Source: Eledone cirrhosa
Taxonomy: Eukaryota
Assembly: GCA_964016885.1 (NCBI GenBank)
Contig: OZ024749.1
Span: 25,792,001 to 25,856,000, forward strand
Direction: 5' to 3'
DNA length: 64,000 nucleotides
Both the position numbers and the translations under genes were made by a program. Of the stretch, positions 1-13,514 are shown piece by piece (position 1 is the stretch's first letter; every line of letters begins with the position of its first letter). The notes beneath the pieces were generated by a model. The model was not told where the DNA came from and searched no databases. It was given only the letters and a program-made list of their open reading frames with translations.

Positions 1-430
1 GTGTATGTATGTGTCTATATGCGTATGTGTGATTTATGTCATATAGAAATGACTACTTCAGAGCTACAATTCAGTCGAAATCCTCCTATTTCATGATGAT
101 ATAAATTCCACTTCATTTCAGTAATAAATACATTGAATTCGGTGAAGTTGTAGGATCTTTAGAATGCCAGATAGGAGGTTCTGTTGTATCGGTTTCTACT
201 CACTCAGTTCTGAGTTCAAATTCCACTGCTTTCCCTCCTTTCAATCTCAATTGAGTCCCTGTTGAGTACTGAAATCCACTTTGCTTCTCTGTCTAAATCC
301 CTTTCTCTCTCATTCCCTCGCTCCATTTTCACTCTCTGTGTCTGGCTTCCATCTATCTCGTTTCCCCCCACTTTATTTGTGCTTCCATCCGTCCGTCTCC
401 CCCCCCTTCTCTCTCTATATATATATATAT

Positions 431-567
431 CCAGAAATAGCCGTTGAAACGGCTTGAGCTCTGCCGTCGGGGTCATACTGTTTCCTATTACCCACTCTAC
501 TACACTAAGTATTGAGTACACTGGTGCGTTATGGTTCATCTGGTTCCTTACCACAATTCTTTCGTTA
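431..567 (+). mobile_element. Short TA-embedded element, family L (PLE pLTR-like, 3' half of a hammerhead)
   Basis: GAAA-cggc-ttgagctct-gccg-TC-gggg (stem III plus cleavage dinucleotide), then a conserved tail (ttcctattacccactctac...ccttaccaca...ttcgtta) into (TA)n. The same sequence recurs at about 2042, 2375, 42468, 44875, 56140 and 56860. Confidence 0.7.
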
Positions 568-1996
568 TATATATATAAATACACACACACACACACAAAT
601 ATATATATATCCCTCTTTCTCATCATCTATTTCTGCATTAAACACGTCATGTTCAAACCAAACAGAAAATGACTGAACCAGGTTTTAAAAATCCCTAAGC
701 TACGCCCAATATCAAGCTGGCGTCGCTATGACACTAGTGAAAGCTCCTCCGAGGCCTCTATACACGTTGACCTCACAGAAGAAAAATAAACATGAAAGAG
801 ACTCAGACAACCACTTTTATTGTTTTATTTTCTATATGTTTAGTGTGTGTGACACACAGTAACGTATTTCCAAAGAGCGCAGTGTTAATTCCATCGGCAT
901 ATTTTGTTCCCCGGCAACGAAAATCATATTGGTTGCAAAGGATGAAATGTCTAAGCTTTGGCCATAATCTTTGACCTATTTGTGAACTTTTGTTATTTTT
1001 TCTTCATATATATTAACTTAACTACGTTTTCAGCACAAATAACACACAACGGTATTGAAGATATTTCATTTTAATCAATTTCTTTTAACATGTCTAGCTT
1101 TGTTTTTTTTAATTTATTTATTTTTATTATTATTTCTCGTTTAATTTTCCCATAGCATCTGTTTAATTTGTCTTGTTTTTTTATATTTTGCATTTATTTT
1201 TCTCAATTTTAATTTACCACGTAATCAAACGTAACTTTACTTGTGATAAACCTAATTATGTGCAGACAGACATCATAATTAAAAATGTAATTTGAAATTA
1301 AAATAAAACATCTCGAGATTATTGAAATAATTAAAAATGATTTCAAGAATTTTTTTTTATTTTATTATATTTATATTTTTTTGGTTTGTTTCATTTATTT
1401 ATTTTTTTAATTTTATTTATTCTTTTTTTTTTTCTTATTTATTGTCAGCCGATTTCAAACACACAAGTCATTGACATTCCGGATTGTTGGAGCCGGATTA
1501 AATTTTAGTATCGATGTTTCAACGCTTCAGCTTTAAGAGATTATGGTAAAGGAAATTAATAATAAATTGAAGATTATAAAGAAAATAATTTGCTAAATTC
1601 GCGGGAACCGCAGGGAGTTCTGATTGGAATATGGCTTACAGAAACTAAATGAATTCCATCACGATTAATAATAGAATTCAATACAAAAGTTTATAGCTCC
1701 AATCATTTTATATTACTTTATTTCACATTTTCTATTTTCTTTACACTTTTTATTTCATTTTTTTCTGTGGAGTTTCCTGTCGATATTTGTCTGATTTTCT
1801 ATCTCGATATCAATTTATTTTTTCGAATTGTTTACCATATTTGTTGGTTTGCATTTTCTGTATGTGCATGACTACAACAGCTTGTCTAAATACCTAGCCA
1901 GGCACATTATCTCTCTTCTCTATCTTGAAAACAAAAGGCTTATGCCAAAGACACTGATATATGTTTTCCATTTCCCTTCGGAAATTAAATTGCCTT

Positions 1997-2041
<45 letters not shown>

Positions 2042-2046
<5 letters not shown>

Positions 2047-2255
2047 AACGAGTAGGACCCCGACGTCTGAGCTCAAGCCGTTTCGACGGCTAATGCTCAG
2101 CCGTCGGGGTCCTACTCGTTCCTATTACCCACTCTACTACCCTAAGTATTGAGTACTTTGGTGCGTTATGGTCCACATGGTTCCTTACCACATTTCCTTC
2201 GTTATATATATATATATATATATATTTATACATATATATACATATATATACATAC

Positions 2256-2286
<31 letters not shown>

Positions 2287-2292
2287 TATACA

Positions 2293-2325
<33 letters not shown>

Positions 2326-2530
2326 GTATATATATATATGTATATATATATGTATAAATATATATATATATAAAACGAAGGAAATGTGGTAAGGAACCAG
2401 GTGGACCATAAAGCACCAAAGTACTCACACTTAGGGTAGTAGAGTGGGTAATAGGAACGAGTAGGACCCCGACGGCTGAGCATTAGCCGTCGAAACAGCT
2501 TGAGCTCAGCCGTCGGGGTCCTACTCGCTC

Positions 2531-2531
<1 letters not shown>
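2042..2531. mobile_element. Two family-L copies in inverted orientation around a (TA)n tract, each with a fold-back end
   Basis: 2042-2205 and 2375-2531 are largely reverse complements. Each contains a local hairpin gaccccgacg...cgtcggggtc. Confidence 0.75.
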
Positions 2532-2570
<39 letters not shown>

Positions 2571-2574
<4 letters not shown>

Positions 2575-2758
2575 GTTTCTACTTTAGGCACAAGGCCAGC
2601 AATTACCCAGTGCATTACTGGCACTTTATTTTATCGACCCCGTAAGGATGAAAGGCAAAGTCAACCTCGGCGGGATTTGAACTCAGATCGTAAAGGGACG
2701 TAACTATGCTGGAAAGCATGGCGTCCGACCCTCTACCGATACTGCCAATCCACCGCCC
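2571..2758 (-). mobile_element. tRNA-derived SINE (cephalopod OR-like, Nin/Deu-type core)
   Basis: The minus strand starts GGGCGG, with A-box TGGCAGTATCGG, B-box GAGTTCAAATCC, core GCCTTTCATCCTTACGGGGTCGATAAA and an AT-rich tail. More than 20 copies are in the window. Confidence 0.85.
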
Positions 2759-2811
2759 TATATATATATATATAATATAAGATCAAAAGATGGTTAAAGG
2801 AGTTCCATGTT

Positions 2812-2878
2812 TTTTATTATGCGCATTTCAAAAACAAACATCATCATGCAATAATATTTATGTTTTCATCAGATAAAA
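2812..2878 (-). ncRNA. Minimal type-I hammerhead ribozyme (family A) at the PLE1 3' terminus
   Basis: ttttat-CTGATGA-aaacataaatattattgcatgatgatgtttgttttt-GAAA-tgcgca-TA-ataaaa. Stem I, the stem II hairpin, a palindromic stem III and the core are all intact. Confidence 0.85.
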
Positions 2879-2974
2879 CAGGAGAACATGATATGAAGGC
2901 TAAAAAACACTTGTGGATAGTGCAGTTTTAAATCAACATATGAAAAGTGGTTTTAGATTGATGTGTGATATTGG

Positions 2975-3390
2975 GAAAAAATATTTTATTTAGAGAGGGG
3001 GGGGGGGGGAAAGGATGAAAAGGGAAGGAGATGAGAGGGAGAGATGGGTGATAGAGAGAAAGAGATAGTTTTTATAACTGAGAGGAGATATATATTTTTA
3101 CATAGAGAGGTTGAAAACCGTTGGAAGATACTGTATAAATTAAAAATTTTGAAAATTAACGAAGGGAGGATATGTGCGAGGAAAAAATATTTTATTTAGG
3201 GAGGGGGGGGGATGAAAAAAAGGGGGAGGAGATGAGAGTGAAGGTGGAGAGGGAGAGATGGGTGATAGAGAGAAAGAGATAGTTTTTATAACTGAGAAAA
3301 AGATATATTGTTTTAACATAGAGAGGTTGGGAACCGTTTGAAGATAATGTATAAATTAAAGGAATTTGAAAATTAACGAAGGGAAATTAT
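2975..3390. repeat. About 215-bp imperfect direct duplication within the PLE1 3' UTR
   Basis: gagagggagagatgggtgatagagagaaagagatagtttttataactgaga...aaaattaacgaaggga occurs twice (about 3033-3167 and 3247-3384). Confidence 0.75.
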
Positions 3391-3873
3391 GTATGAAGAT
3401 AGAGAGAAAAAAATAATAATTGTGGATGAATATTCTAACGTCAAAAAAAGAAATGTATATATTGTGGCAATTTCAAAATTAACGAAGAGAAAAATTATTA
3501 AGGTTTGTGTGTAGAAGGATTTGAGAAAAATAATGTGAAGTTAAAGTTTGTATATTGGTTGAATTGATAATATATGCGAATAAAGAGTTAATATGTATTA
3601 ATAATGAGTTCGTTGATGGGGAGAAAAAAATAATAAATTAAGGATGAAATTGAGATTAAAAAGATTTATGATAGAGAGAAAAAATAATAATGATTGCGGA
3701 TGAATATTGTATATGTTATGATTTTACAAGGTGAAGATAGAATGAGGGTAATGAGTAAACAAGTATTATAGAGTGTATAATGCCCTTTAAAGTAAGGTAG
3801 ATGGGTATATTTTAAAGAGGTATATGTATATGTGCCTTTGAGAAAAGATTCTAAATTGATAAAGAATTGAATA

Positions 3874-5726
3874 TTAACTGTATACTTTGTGAAAAGTTCT
3901 ATGGAATTTATGCAGGCAGATAGAAAACAAATCTGTGCGTCTATTTATTATAGAATCTAGGTTAGAGATAATGGTAAATTTTTCATTTAGGCAGAGATTA
4001 CAGATTTTAGATAGAGAGCTGTTCAAGTATGAGGATGCAGAAGAAATCTTCTTCCAAAAGATGGTATATTTAATGTTTTTGTCTTTTAAGGACCATATGA
4101 GTTCTGAGAGAGCAGTGTTAGTTCTTTTAAGTTTGTATTTGAAAGATGAATGATGATTATAGAGACGAGCTTTAAAAGAGGTGGAAGTGGAGCCAAAATA
4201 GGTGAAGGAATTGGTGCTAGTTATAATTTTACATTCATAAATTAAGTTTTTATCGAGACAATGGTTGTTGAGAGGACATTTATTTTTAATGCGGCAGTTG
4301 CAATTAGAGAGATTATTAATGAGTGATCTAGTGTTATCTATAGAAGGAATTGGATTGGAGAAGTTGTTTGCGATAGGAATAATAGGAATAATAGTTTCTT
4401 GATTTAGAGTTGGATTATGAACATTTAGCGAAGTTGTGTTTGACGTTGTATTTGGGTTTACAGAAGTTAGCCTAGGGTTTACAATGACGTCGGGAGTACT
4501 ATTACTGTTATTATGAAATTCAATATTGGAAGGAAGAGATTTAGTATTTAGTATTTTATTGTTGTGTTTAGAGATGATGTTGGAAATATTGGAGGATGTA
4601 AAATACGAAAATTTGATGGTGTGTTTGTTAAATATTTTACTATAGATATGTGAGGGAGGGAAGCATTTATTTAAGGCACTAAAGAATAATTTAGGAATAT
4701 TGTTATTAATAGAGATGGAGAAAGGAGCATTATACCAGATTATGTTTTTGTATCTAGGTCTTTTATTAAAATTATTGGAATGGTCATGATTAATTATTCT
4801 ACTGTAAGTTTTTCTAGAATTTGTTTCTTTACTATATTTGATTTTATCTGGATAGCCGGCTTTAGAAAGTGCGTTATTATAGTGATTGGCGTTAGCATCA
4901 AAGATGTTTTTATTAGAAGATATGTTAGATATTCTATTTCCAATATTATTAACTATAGCATTCTTGATATTGGTAGGATGGTTAGATTTAAAGTTAACAT
5001 AATTAAGGTTCTCATTGTTTTTATGGTAAGGGTAATATAGGCCAGTGTCAAGATTAAGAGATACATCCAAGAAATTAGCTAGTTTGATACTATTATCAAA
5101 TTCAATTTTTAGGTTATGTTGGTTAAAGAGATTACGTATATTGTTCTTAATAATATTAAGGTTGACTATATTGCAATTTAGGATAGTAAAGAGTCCATCG
5201 TCACGATAAATTCCACCGCGAAGTTGAGGAATTTTCCGACTCAAAGAGTTCAAAATGAAGATACCAATTAAATCAGTCAATTGGGATGAATCAGATGCTC
5301 CCATTGTGATGTCGAAGTTGTTAGAGGTATCGGCTCTGGTCCAATATTCGTTGTTGAACTCTAGGGTGGTTTTACGTGCGGTGAGGATGATGTGAAGTTC
5401 ATCTGTGGTGATGTCAGAATATTTAAGTGCGAAAGATAGTGCATTATTGAGAAGTGAAGGCGAAATGGAGGAATAGTAGCTGGCAATATCAAATTGAATA
5501 AATTTTAGTTTGTTTTTATTATCCAATTTGTTGAACCAGCCAATCACTTCAGAAGTACCAAACCATAAATTTAGGTTCAAAGAAGAGCAATTAGAACTAA
5601 CCTGTGGGATAATTCTATCCAAGATGGCTTTACTAACAACCCCCAGATCAGATTTAGAGGGGGCGATTAATCTAACAGGTAGTTCAGTGCGAAAATTGTT
5701 TTTGTGATCCTTGAGATTTATCCTCG
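3874..5726 (-). CDS. PLE1 polyprotein, RT core plus GIY-YIG endonuclease (5' part displaced)
   Basis: [68 protein letters not shown]...YFGST, CNLCLNEK. Open to TAA at 3874. Confidence 0.9.
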
Positions 5727-5831
5727 TTAATTAACTTACTTATCCTCCTACATTAACTTGCTCCTTAACGGTTGAGCGCTTACTCTCATATTGGATACCT
5801 TTTGATGGTCCTTCACCTCTTCTTCTACAAC

Positions 5832-6654
5832 ATGGATTATTACAACATAACCAATTCAACTAAAGACATTCCTATACCTGGTAAATCTGAATTCACCAAA
5901 CTTCTTATTGAAAAAACTGACTCCTTCGTAAGAAGACTTAGATGGACAGCCTATTTCTATGACCAGCGCCTAAAAGGGAACTTTCATACCAAAGAACACA
6001 ACTTCCTCGATCATCTTTTTAATTCTAGACGAAATCCTCCTTCCAACAAAAATCTAGTACAATTCGAGGAAGAATTAACTAAAATAATAAAAAATCTTAA
6101 ATTCAAGAGATACCCTTACAAAGGACAAGAGCACCTTGTAAATCTCAAGAACACAATCTCTAACCTAAATTCCTCAAAAAATGTTTTAGTCCACTCTGAC
6201 AAAACCAATAACCTATATGGTATTTCCAAGGATAATTATAACAACCTTATCCTAAAGGAACTTAGGAAAAAGTATCGTAAAACCATCCATGAAAATTTAG
6301 AATGCATAAACCTTGAAGCCTATGAGATTATGTCAAAACTTGGCATTGAAAAAAAGACCGAACCATTCCTCCCAAGAACTCCGAGGATAAATCTCAAGGA
6401 TCACAAAAACAATTTTCGCACTGAACTACCTGTTAGATTAATCGCCCCCTCTAAATCTGATCTGGGGGTTGTTAGTAAAGCCATCTTGGATAGAATTATC
6501 CCACAGGTTAGTTCTAATTGCTCTTCTTTGAACCTAAATTTATGGTTTGGTACTTCTGAAGTGATTGGCTGGTTCAACAAATTGGATAATAAAAGCAAAC
6601 TAAAATTTATTCAATTTGATATTGCCAGCTACTATTCCTCCATTTCACCTTCAC
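5832..6654 (+). CDS. PLE1 N-terminal region to RT motif A (inverted fragment)
   Basis: [16 protein letters not shown]...[39 protein letters not shown]. The last 91 codons duplicate the start of the minus-strand frame, then the frame runs into microsatellite. Confidence 0.85.
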
Positions 6655-6781
6655 GAGTGCGTGTTTGTGCATATGCGTTTATGTGTACTTATGTGTATGT
6701 ATGTATGTATGTGTATGTATGCGTGTTTGCTTGTAAATGTGTATGTGTGTGTTCGTATATATGTATATAAATGTATATATG

Positions 6782-6844
<63 letters not shown>

Positions 6845-7047
6845 ATGGGTATATATATATATATATATGTATATTTATATATATATATGAGATTTTATAT
6901 GTATGTGTGTGTGTATGTGTATATATATGTATATATATGTGTGAATGTATGTGTTTGTGTGTGTGTGTATGTATGTGTATGTGTGTGCATATGTATGCAT
7001 GTGTATGTATAGTATATTTTACACGAGAGAGACATACGTGCATGTAG

Positions 7048-7089
<42 letters not shown>

Positions 7090-7857
7090 AAACATATATA
7101 TGTATATATATATATATGTATGTGTATGCGCACGTGTGTATGTGTAGATATATATGTGTGTGTATGTGTATGCGTGTGTGTGTGTATATTTGTGTGTGTG
7201 TGTATATTTGTGTGTTTGTGTGTTTCTTGTGTATATATGTATATGTGTGTATGTATGTATGTGGTGTGTGTGTGTGTATATATATATATATGTATATGTA
7301 TATGTCTGTATATGTGTGTGAATGTGTAGGTGTGCACACACACACACACACACATATATAAATATATATGTGTATATATATGTGTGTGTAAGTGTTTTTG
7401 TATGTGGTTGTGAGTATGTAAATATATTTTATTCTTTCCATCCTACAAAAACACTCTGGCCACCTGTGGCTTGTATGTTAACTTGACCACTCACCCCAGT
7501 CTGTGCCAGGATTCGGTCTTGTTAAATGTTTAATTTCTATTACCAACCCACCTAAATTTCCCTACTATATATCTGTTGAATTACAATTCTTGGGGTTTTT
7601 ATTTATTTATTTTTCTTATTTTTATTTATTTTTTTATTTATTTTATTTATTTATTCTTTTATCTATTTTATTCATTTATTTATTTATTTACTTATTTATT
7701 TATTTCAAAAAAGCACTCTGGCTAATTGACCACTCACCAAAGAAAAAACGGCCTGTGCCATGAAGTGGTCCTGTGTATCTAAATCCCCCCCCCCTTTCGA
7801 CCACCCCTCCTTTACCACTACCTAAATGTATAAATACCAGAACTAAATATGACACCC

Positions 7858-7908
7858 AGCTTTCTGAAGATTGCATCTGAATGAAACAGTACTAGTCCTG
7901 TAGAAGCT
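7858..7908 (+). ncRNA. Type-I hammerhead motif (family B)
   Basis: agcttt-CTGAAGA-ttgcatctgaat-GAAA-cagtactagtcctg-TA-gaagct, with a weak stem II. The downstream tail to about 7992 is homologous to 15055-15150 (inverted). Confidence 0.65.
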
Positions 7909-7994
7909 CCTTCTATAAAATAAAAAAATTTTAATCTGCCATGTATTGAGTACCTTACTTACTGTGATTATCCCCGACTCAACCCGGGACCTAC

Positions 7995-8030
<36 letters not shown>

Positions 8031-8040
8031 TTATATATAA

Positions 8041-8163
<123 letters not shown>

Positions 8164-8169
8164 CATTTG

Positions 8170-8778
8170 TGTCAGGTCACCAGTTGGTGCTACTGGTAAC
8201 ATGTATCCCAGTACAACCTGTCTCATGGTCGGGTCGTTGGCGACTAAACTGGCAACCCCACCAAGGTTTCTTGGTGAGGAGGGTGACTTTGGACATCCTG
8301 CAGGACTAAAAACAAAACCTGTCAAAGGGCAAAGGAGCTCTTAAGAGTCAATGGCCTTCCAAAATCACCGGGAGAGATGACCCCTTAGCCTTTGTCAAGG
8401 CAGAATTCTAGGAGAAGGAAAACTCTGATATAACACCTGCAGCCCTGATGGTATCCAATGATGTTGACTTGTTCTTCTTTTTGGTAAATATCATCTTGGT
8501 TAAGAGAGTGGGACTGGCTTTGTGCAATGCCTTTGCTCACTATAAAAGCTTCACGGCACAGGCATTGCTTTATATCTGGAGATCTCTCTGCACTTGCCAT
8601 CACATGGTACCATGGGCCCAGCACTGTGTGTCAATAATTGTCACAGGTGTAGTGTTTGTACCAGAGTTTTCAAGTCGCTGGCTGGACTCAAAAGTCACAC
8701 TCGTTCAGCGCATCGGTAGGGGTTCTCCTACATGGATATAAAGTAGTGGCCGTACTCGAAAACGAGTTGGCAGCCACC

Positions 8779-8779
<1 letters not shown>
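8170..8779. mobile_element. Interspersed repeat, possibly RTE-type LINE 5'-UTR derived
   Basis: 8481-8779 has a close inverted copy at 42650-42950, and both are in (TA)n. It contains ggagaaggaaaactctga, which I recall from RTE-type 5' ends (unverified). Confidence 0.55.
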
Positions 8780-8824
<45 letters not shown>

Positions 8825-9284
8825 TTAAATGCCCATTTTTCCATATGGGCCACATTTACATAAACACGTATATGTATGCTAGCCAATAATAGGTTTTATG
8901 AATAAATAAGTATATCTAATTTTAATTCAATTCTGTAACCATGGTTTGATAACTGTAAAATGTATGATCAAATACTGGCTGATACAGTTGTTGAAGGATA
9001 CTACGTCGCTGTCGACGATTAACATACAGTTGCACGATAAACTATACATCTAACTGTGTAATCCCCATGTAGATGACTGAATGTTCAACAGATAATACTA
9101 ACACAAGACTAATTCATAAGCTTAATCAACTTAGCACAATATGACTCTTCATTGGATATTTCAATTATAGATGAAATCCACTCTGCGGACTTCTATTCAG
9201 TCTCCATCTGCCAGATGTGACGCACAAGGTTTGATTCTAAATCTGTCTTGAGGCCGTAGACTGGTCATGTCAATGTTTATCTCG

Positions 9285-9670
9285 GTTGCCGTGAAGTTAA
9301 GTGACGCGGATTCCCCCTGGAGAAGACGCCAGTCCATTGCAGGATAAAATCCCTAGCTATTGATGTATACTATTGATGTATAATGTGAAATGGAGTGTTT
9401 TGCTCCAGGAATCGAACCTACGATCTCATGACAGTAAGTTAAATACCATTACCTCTAGGCCACGCGCATCCACAAGGTTTGTTTTGATCCAATCCATGGT
9501 CATAGGAATCATAGGCGGCAAATTGTCAGAGTCGTTAGAAACTCGGATAGAATACTTTGTAGTATTCATTTCGGCTCTCTTCTCTCTGAGTTCAATGCCC
9601 GCCAAGGTCAACCTTGCCTTTCATCCTTTCAAGGTCGATAACAAATACCTGTCTTGCACCGGGGTCGATT
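9285..9670. mobile_element. Two degenerate SINE remnants
   Basis: 9285-9468 resembles 56345-56588 (gacgccagtccat, ccaggaatcga, taggcc). 9513-9670 has the B-box gagttcaa and gcctttcatcctttc..ggtcgata core. Confidence 0.55.
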
Positions 9671-10612
9671 CTTCCTCTATATCTCTTTCTCACTTCCTTT
9701 CTCTCACTCTCCCTATCCTTCTCTGGAAGAAATCTACTGTAGATGAGATGGGCTCCACCCCGTTTTAGACAAATGCCCCTAGAAATGACCTATGTCAATA
9801 TGGCACCCCCATGACTCCTGAAGTGTTACGTGTCCATACATACATACATAGTAAACATACTTATCTATGACAAGGAGAGGAATCGAAACTTCGATGTTAT
9901 GCCTTCCATGCGAGCTTCTTAATTACTCGGTGATGCCCGTATCTAATAGACGGTTCATATTCATACAATGGAAGCAGAAGTTTTACTTATATACGGATTA
10001 GAATGGAATGAAGTGGGATTTAATAGCGAATACATTTTCCCTGACATTTCACACCCAACAGAAAACGGCAAAAAAAAATTAACAATGCAAAGATTAATTC
10101 TAATCTGTTACTGACTAACTATAATCTGTCATGTATATGAATTCTCGTTAAAAATTAACTAATAAGTCATTGCTTAAATGTTTTTAAATGCCACTAATTT
10201 AAAAATGTTGTTTAACATATTACTTCAGTATTCTCTAGAGATGCAAAAATACAACATAAACGTTTAACTAAAACACATTTATCATACATCATGTATTTTT
10301 TAGCTCATTCTACAACTGATTATATTATACACAATTATATTATGTATCTATATATTATTTCTTTGGCGGAAAATTAGTAGAAAGGTAAAAATGTCGATAG
10401 AATACTTTTTGGTATTCGTTCATGTTCTTTGTTGTTTGAGTTTCAATCACACTGATGTGAACTTTGCATTTCATTGTTTCGAGTAAGTATATATAATAGC
10501 GAACTGAAACTATGATCTCTCTCTATCTATCTATCTATCTATCTATCTCACTCTCCCTCTCTCTTTATATAAATATATATATATATAAATGTAATCTGAG
10601 TTTTTCGAATAT

Positions 10613-11253
10613 TAATAATTGTTTCTACTTTTTGGCACAAGGCCAGCAATTATCTCAGTGCATTACTGGTTCTTTATTTTATCGACCCCGTAAGGATGGA
10701 AGACAAAGTTAACCTCGGCGGGATTTGAACTGAGAATTGCAAGGGCCGTAACTCTATGCGTCAAAGCATGGCGTCCTACCCTCTACCGATACTGACAATC
10801 CACCATATTAATAATTGTTTCTACTTTAGGCACAAGGCCAGCAATTATCCAGTGCATTACTGGTACTTTATTTTATCGACCCCGTAAGGATGAAAGGCAA
10901 AGTCAACCTCGGCGGGATTTGAACTCAGATCGTAAAGGGACGTAACTATGCTGGAAAGCATGGCGTCCGACCCTCTACCGATACTGCCAATCCACCACCA
11001 TTTTAATAATAACATATTCACAATCCACCATATTAATAATAACATATTCACAATCCACCATAGTAATAATTGTTTCTACTTTTGGCACAAGGCCAGTAAT
11101 TACCCAGTGCATTACTGGTACTTTATTTTATCGACCCCGTAAGGATGAAAGGCAAAGTTAACCTCGGCGGGATTTGAACTCAGAATGGCAAGGGCCGTAA
11201 CTATGCGTCAAAGCATGGCGTCCGACTCTCTACCGATACTGCCAATCCCCCCT
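10613..11253 (-). mobile_element. Three tandem tRNA-SINE copies inserted into another repeat
   Basis: Copies at about 10613-10806, 10810-10997 and 11064-11251. The host repeat is uninterrupted at 26352-26600. Confidence 0.85.
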
Positions 11254-11696
11254 TAGTAATAATAACATTCGATTCGTTTGCAATTATGCAAACAAGCCTC
11301 AATTTTAAACCCATGTCAGTAGAATGAACACTTCATTCTTGCTCTTGTGTTGGCATGTAAACAGAACTGCAGGCACTAATGTTTCTGGGTATCACCCTTC
11401 ATCAGTACAGCTCACTGTTCACCTGCCAACTGTCAGAGCTAGTGAAAATATATGCTATTTTCTAAAATATACAGGACTGATCGGCCTGATTAGCATGCTA
11501 GCAGACTGGCTGATCATTCACATCTGCATATTAGCAAATCCACTGATCAGCCAGATTTGCATATCAGCAATATATATATATATATATATATACAGAGAGA
11601 GAGATTGGGGGGGGGGGGGTTAGATATATAGATAGATACAGATAGATAGATAAATATATATACATATATATATAAATTTATTTATCTGTATATTTA

Positions 11697-11728
<32 letters not shown>

Positions 11729-12166
11729 GCCTGCACTTTTTCTCTTTGTTGTGGGTGTAATAAAGAATCTATCGAGAATGGCATTGAAATGTCAATATGG
11801 AATATAATTGTGGACCTAGAATAGACTAAAGTAGCGGAGGAATCAATTTGCAAGATACCAGACCTCATTTGCTTGCTGTTTGGATTACAGCTCGTCAAGC
11901 TGCACCAAGGAAATAATGTTTCCATTTGTCATACTGTATACAGTTCGCAACTTCTGGCAGGAAGTAAACGTGAAATAGATTGCCTTACTCAAGGAAGTGA
12001 GGCAAGACCCGGTCTGGGAATCGAACTCGCATTCTCATGATTGTGAATTTAATTCTCTAACCACTCCGCCGCACGTAAAGTAGGGGTAAAGTAAAGGTGA
12101 CAAAATAAAACAAGAGTTTTCATAAAGGCGATATAAGCTTCAAATATCATGGCATATAAATTAGAC

Positions 12167-12281
<115 letters not shown>

Positions 12282-13049
12282 GATAGATAGAGAGAAGAGA
12301 GAGAAATAGAGGCAGAACGAGAGAAAGAGATGTAGCAAACTTATGAATATTACCAAATCTTATTCCTACTTATCATTGCCCCACGACATGCAGAAAACAT
12401 TAGAAAACTACCTATATATATATATAATCACCGACGCAGTCTAAGATAATTTCTAACACGCATTCAACTATATAGTGTGAGACATATAGAAGAAAAATTG
12501 CTTCCTTTTGCTATCATGCTTCTTAAAATCTCACAGAGCAACGTGATAAAAACGGGAAACTCTGAGTAGTAACAAGAGCCTTACGTAAAAGAAAATGAAT
12601 ATATCTTCAGACACGCGAATACACACACTTTCACACACAAAAACACGTACACAGGTATAAAAATGTGTACATACAGAGTGAGGTATGGCGAACGTTGGTC
12701 GACATGTGCAAAGAAAGTCTCATTGTACCTACAACATGCGCACTCATACAATTACAGGAATATGTATATATATAAACGGAAAAAATGAAACGAAATTTCA
12801 TTTCCCACTCTTAGTACGGCTGTTACTTAAATATAAGTAGGTACACGTACATACATATATGTATACAGACGTACAGTTGTATGTATATATATACGAGATA
12901 TATATACATACATGCACACATATATATATGTACGTATGGATTCACCGAACATTTAGTATAATGCTCGGTGTGTTTGTAAACAAACATCCCGTATTAAGCC
13001 GTAGTGTCTAGCAACCATCGTTGCTCGTTTGTTCAACACTGACAAAGGA

Positions 13050-13092
13050 ACGCTGTACTAGTTTCAAGCTTATTAGCTATCGTCAGCAACGT
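13050..13092 (-). ncRNA. Minimal hammerhead ribozyme (family C), unit 1
   Basis: acgttg-CTGACGA-tagctaataagctt-GAAA-ctag-TA-cagcgt. Confidence 0.9.
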
Positions 13093-13471
13093 ATACCTTC
13101 CTGCCAGATTTTTGAACGTATATACTTACCTTATGCATATTAACGGCTGAGTAGCCCAATTTTCATATCGAGTTGGTTAATCGGCCGGGTGCACCGAAAA
13201 CGATAAACAGAAAAATTGAAACGAAATTTAATTTCCCACTCTTAGTACGGCTGTTACTTAAATATAAGTATGTATACGTACATACATATATGTATACAGA
13301 CGTTCAGTAGTATGTATATATATATATATACATGCACACATATATATATATATACGTATGTATTCATCGAACATTTATTATAATGCTCAGTGTGTTTGTA
13401 AACAAACAGCCCGTATTAAGCCGTAGTGTCTAGCAACCATCGTTGCTCGTTTGTTCAACACTGACAAAGGA

Positions 13472-13514
13472 ACGCTGTACTAGTTTCAAGCTTATTAGCT
13501 ATCGTCAGCAACGT
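13472..13514 (-). ncRNA. Minimal hammerhead ribozyme (family C), unit 2
   Basis: Identical motif to 13050-13092. Confidence 0.9.

Larger units (their letters stand above)
2777..6654 (-). mobile_element. Penelope-like retroelement 1 (Naiad-type) with an inverted 5' part
   Basis: RT plus GIY-YIG on minus, N-terminus on plus, a 273-bp inverted duplication (5454-5726 / 6382-6654), a long 3' UTR ending in an HHR-bearing terminus, and microsatellite flanks. Confidence 0.9.

Noticed and set aside
2700-2758. SINE heads as tRNA genes
   Set aside because: A and B boxes are present, but there is no cloverleaf, and the heads are fused to the SINE core and tail.
3874-6654. Selenocysteine recoding, known in some Naiad PLEs
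   Set aside because: Neither ORF half has an in-frame TGA, and the ORF ends in TAA.
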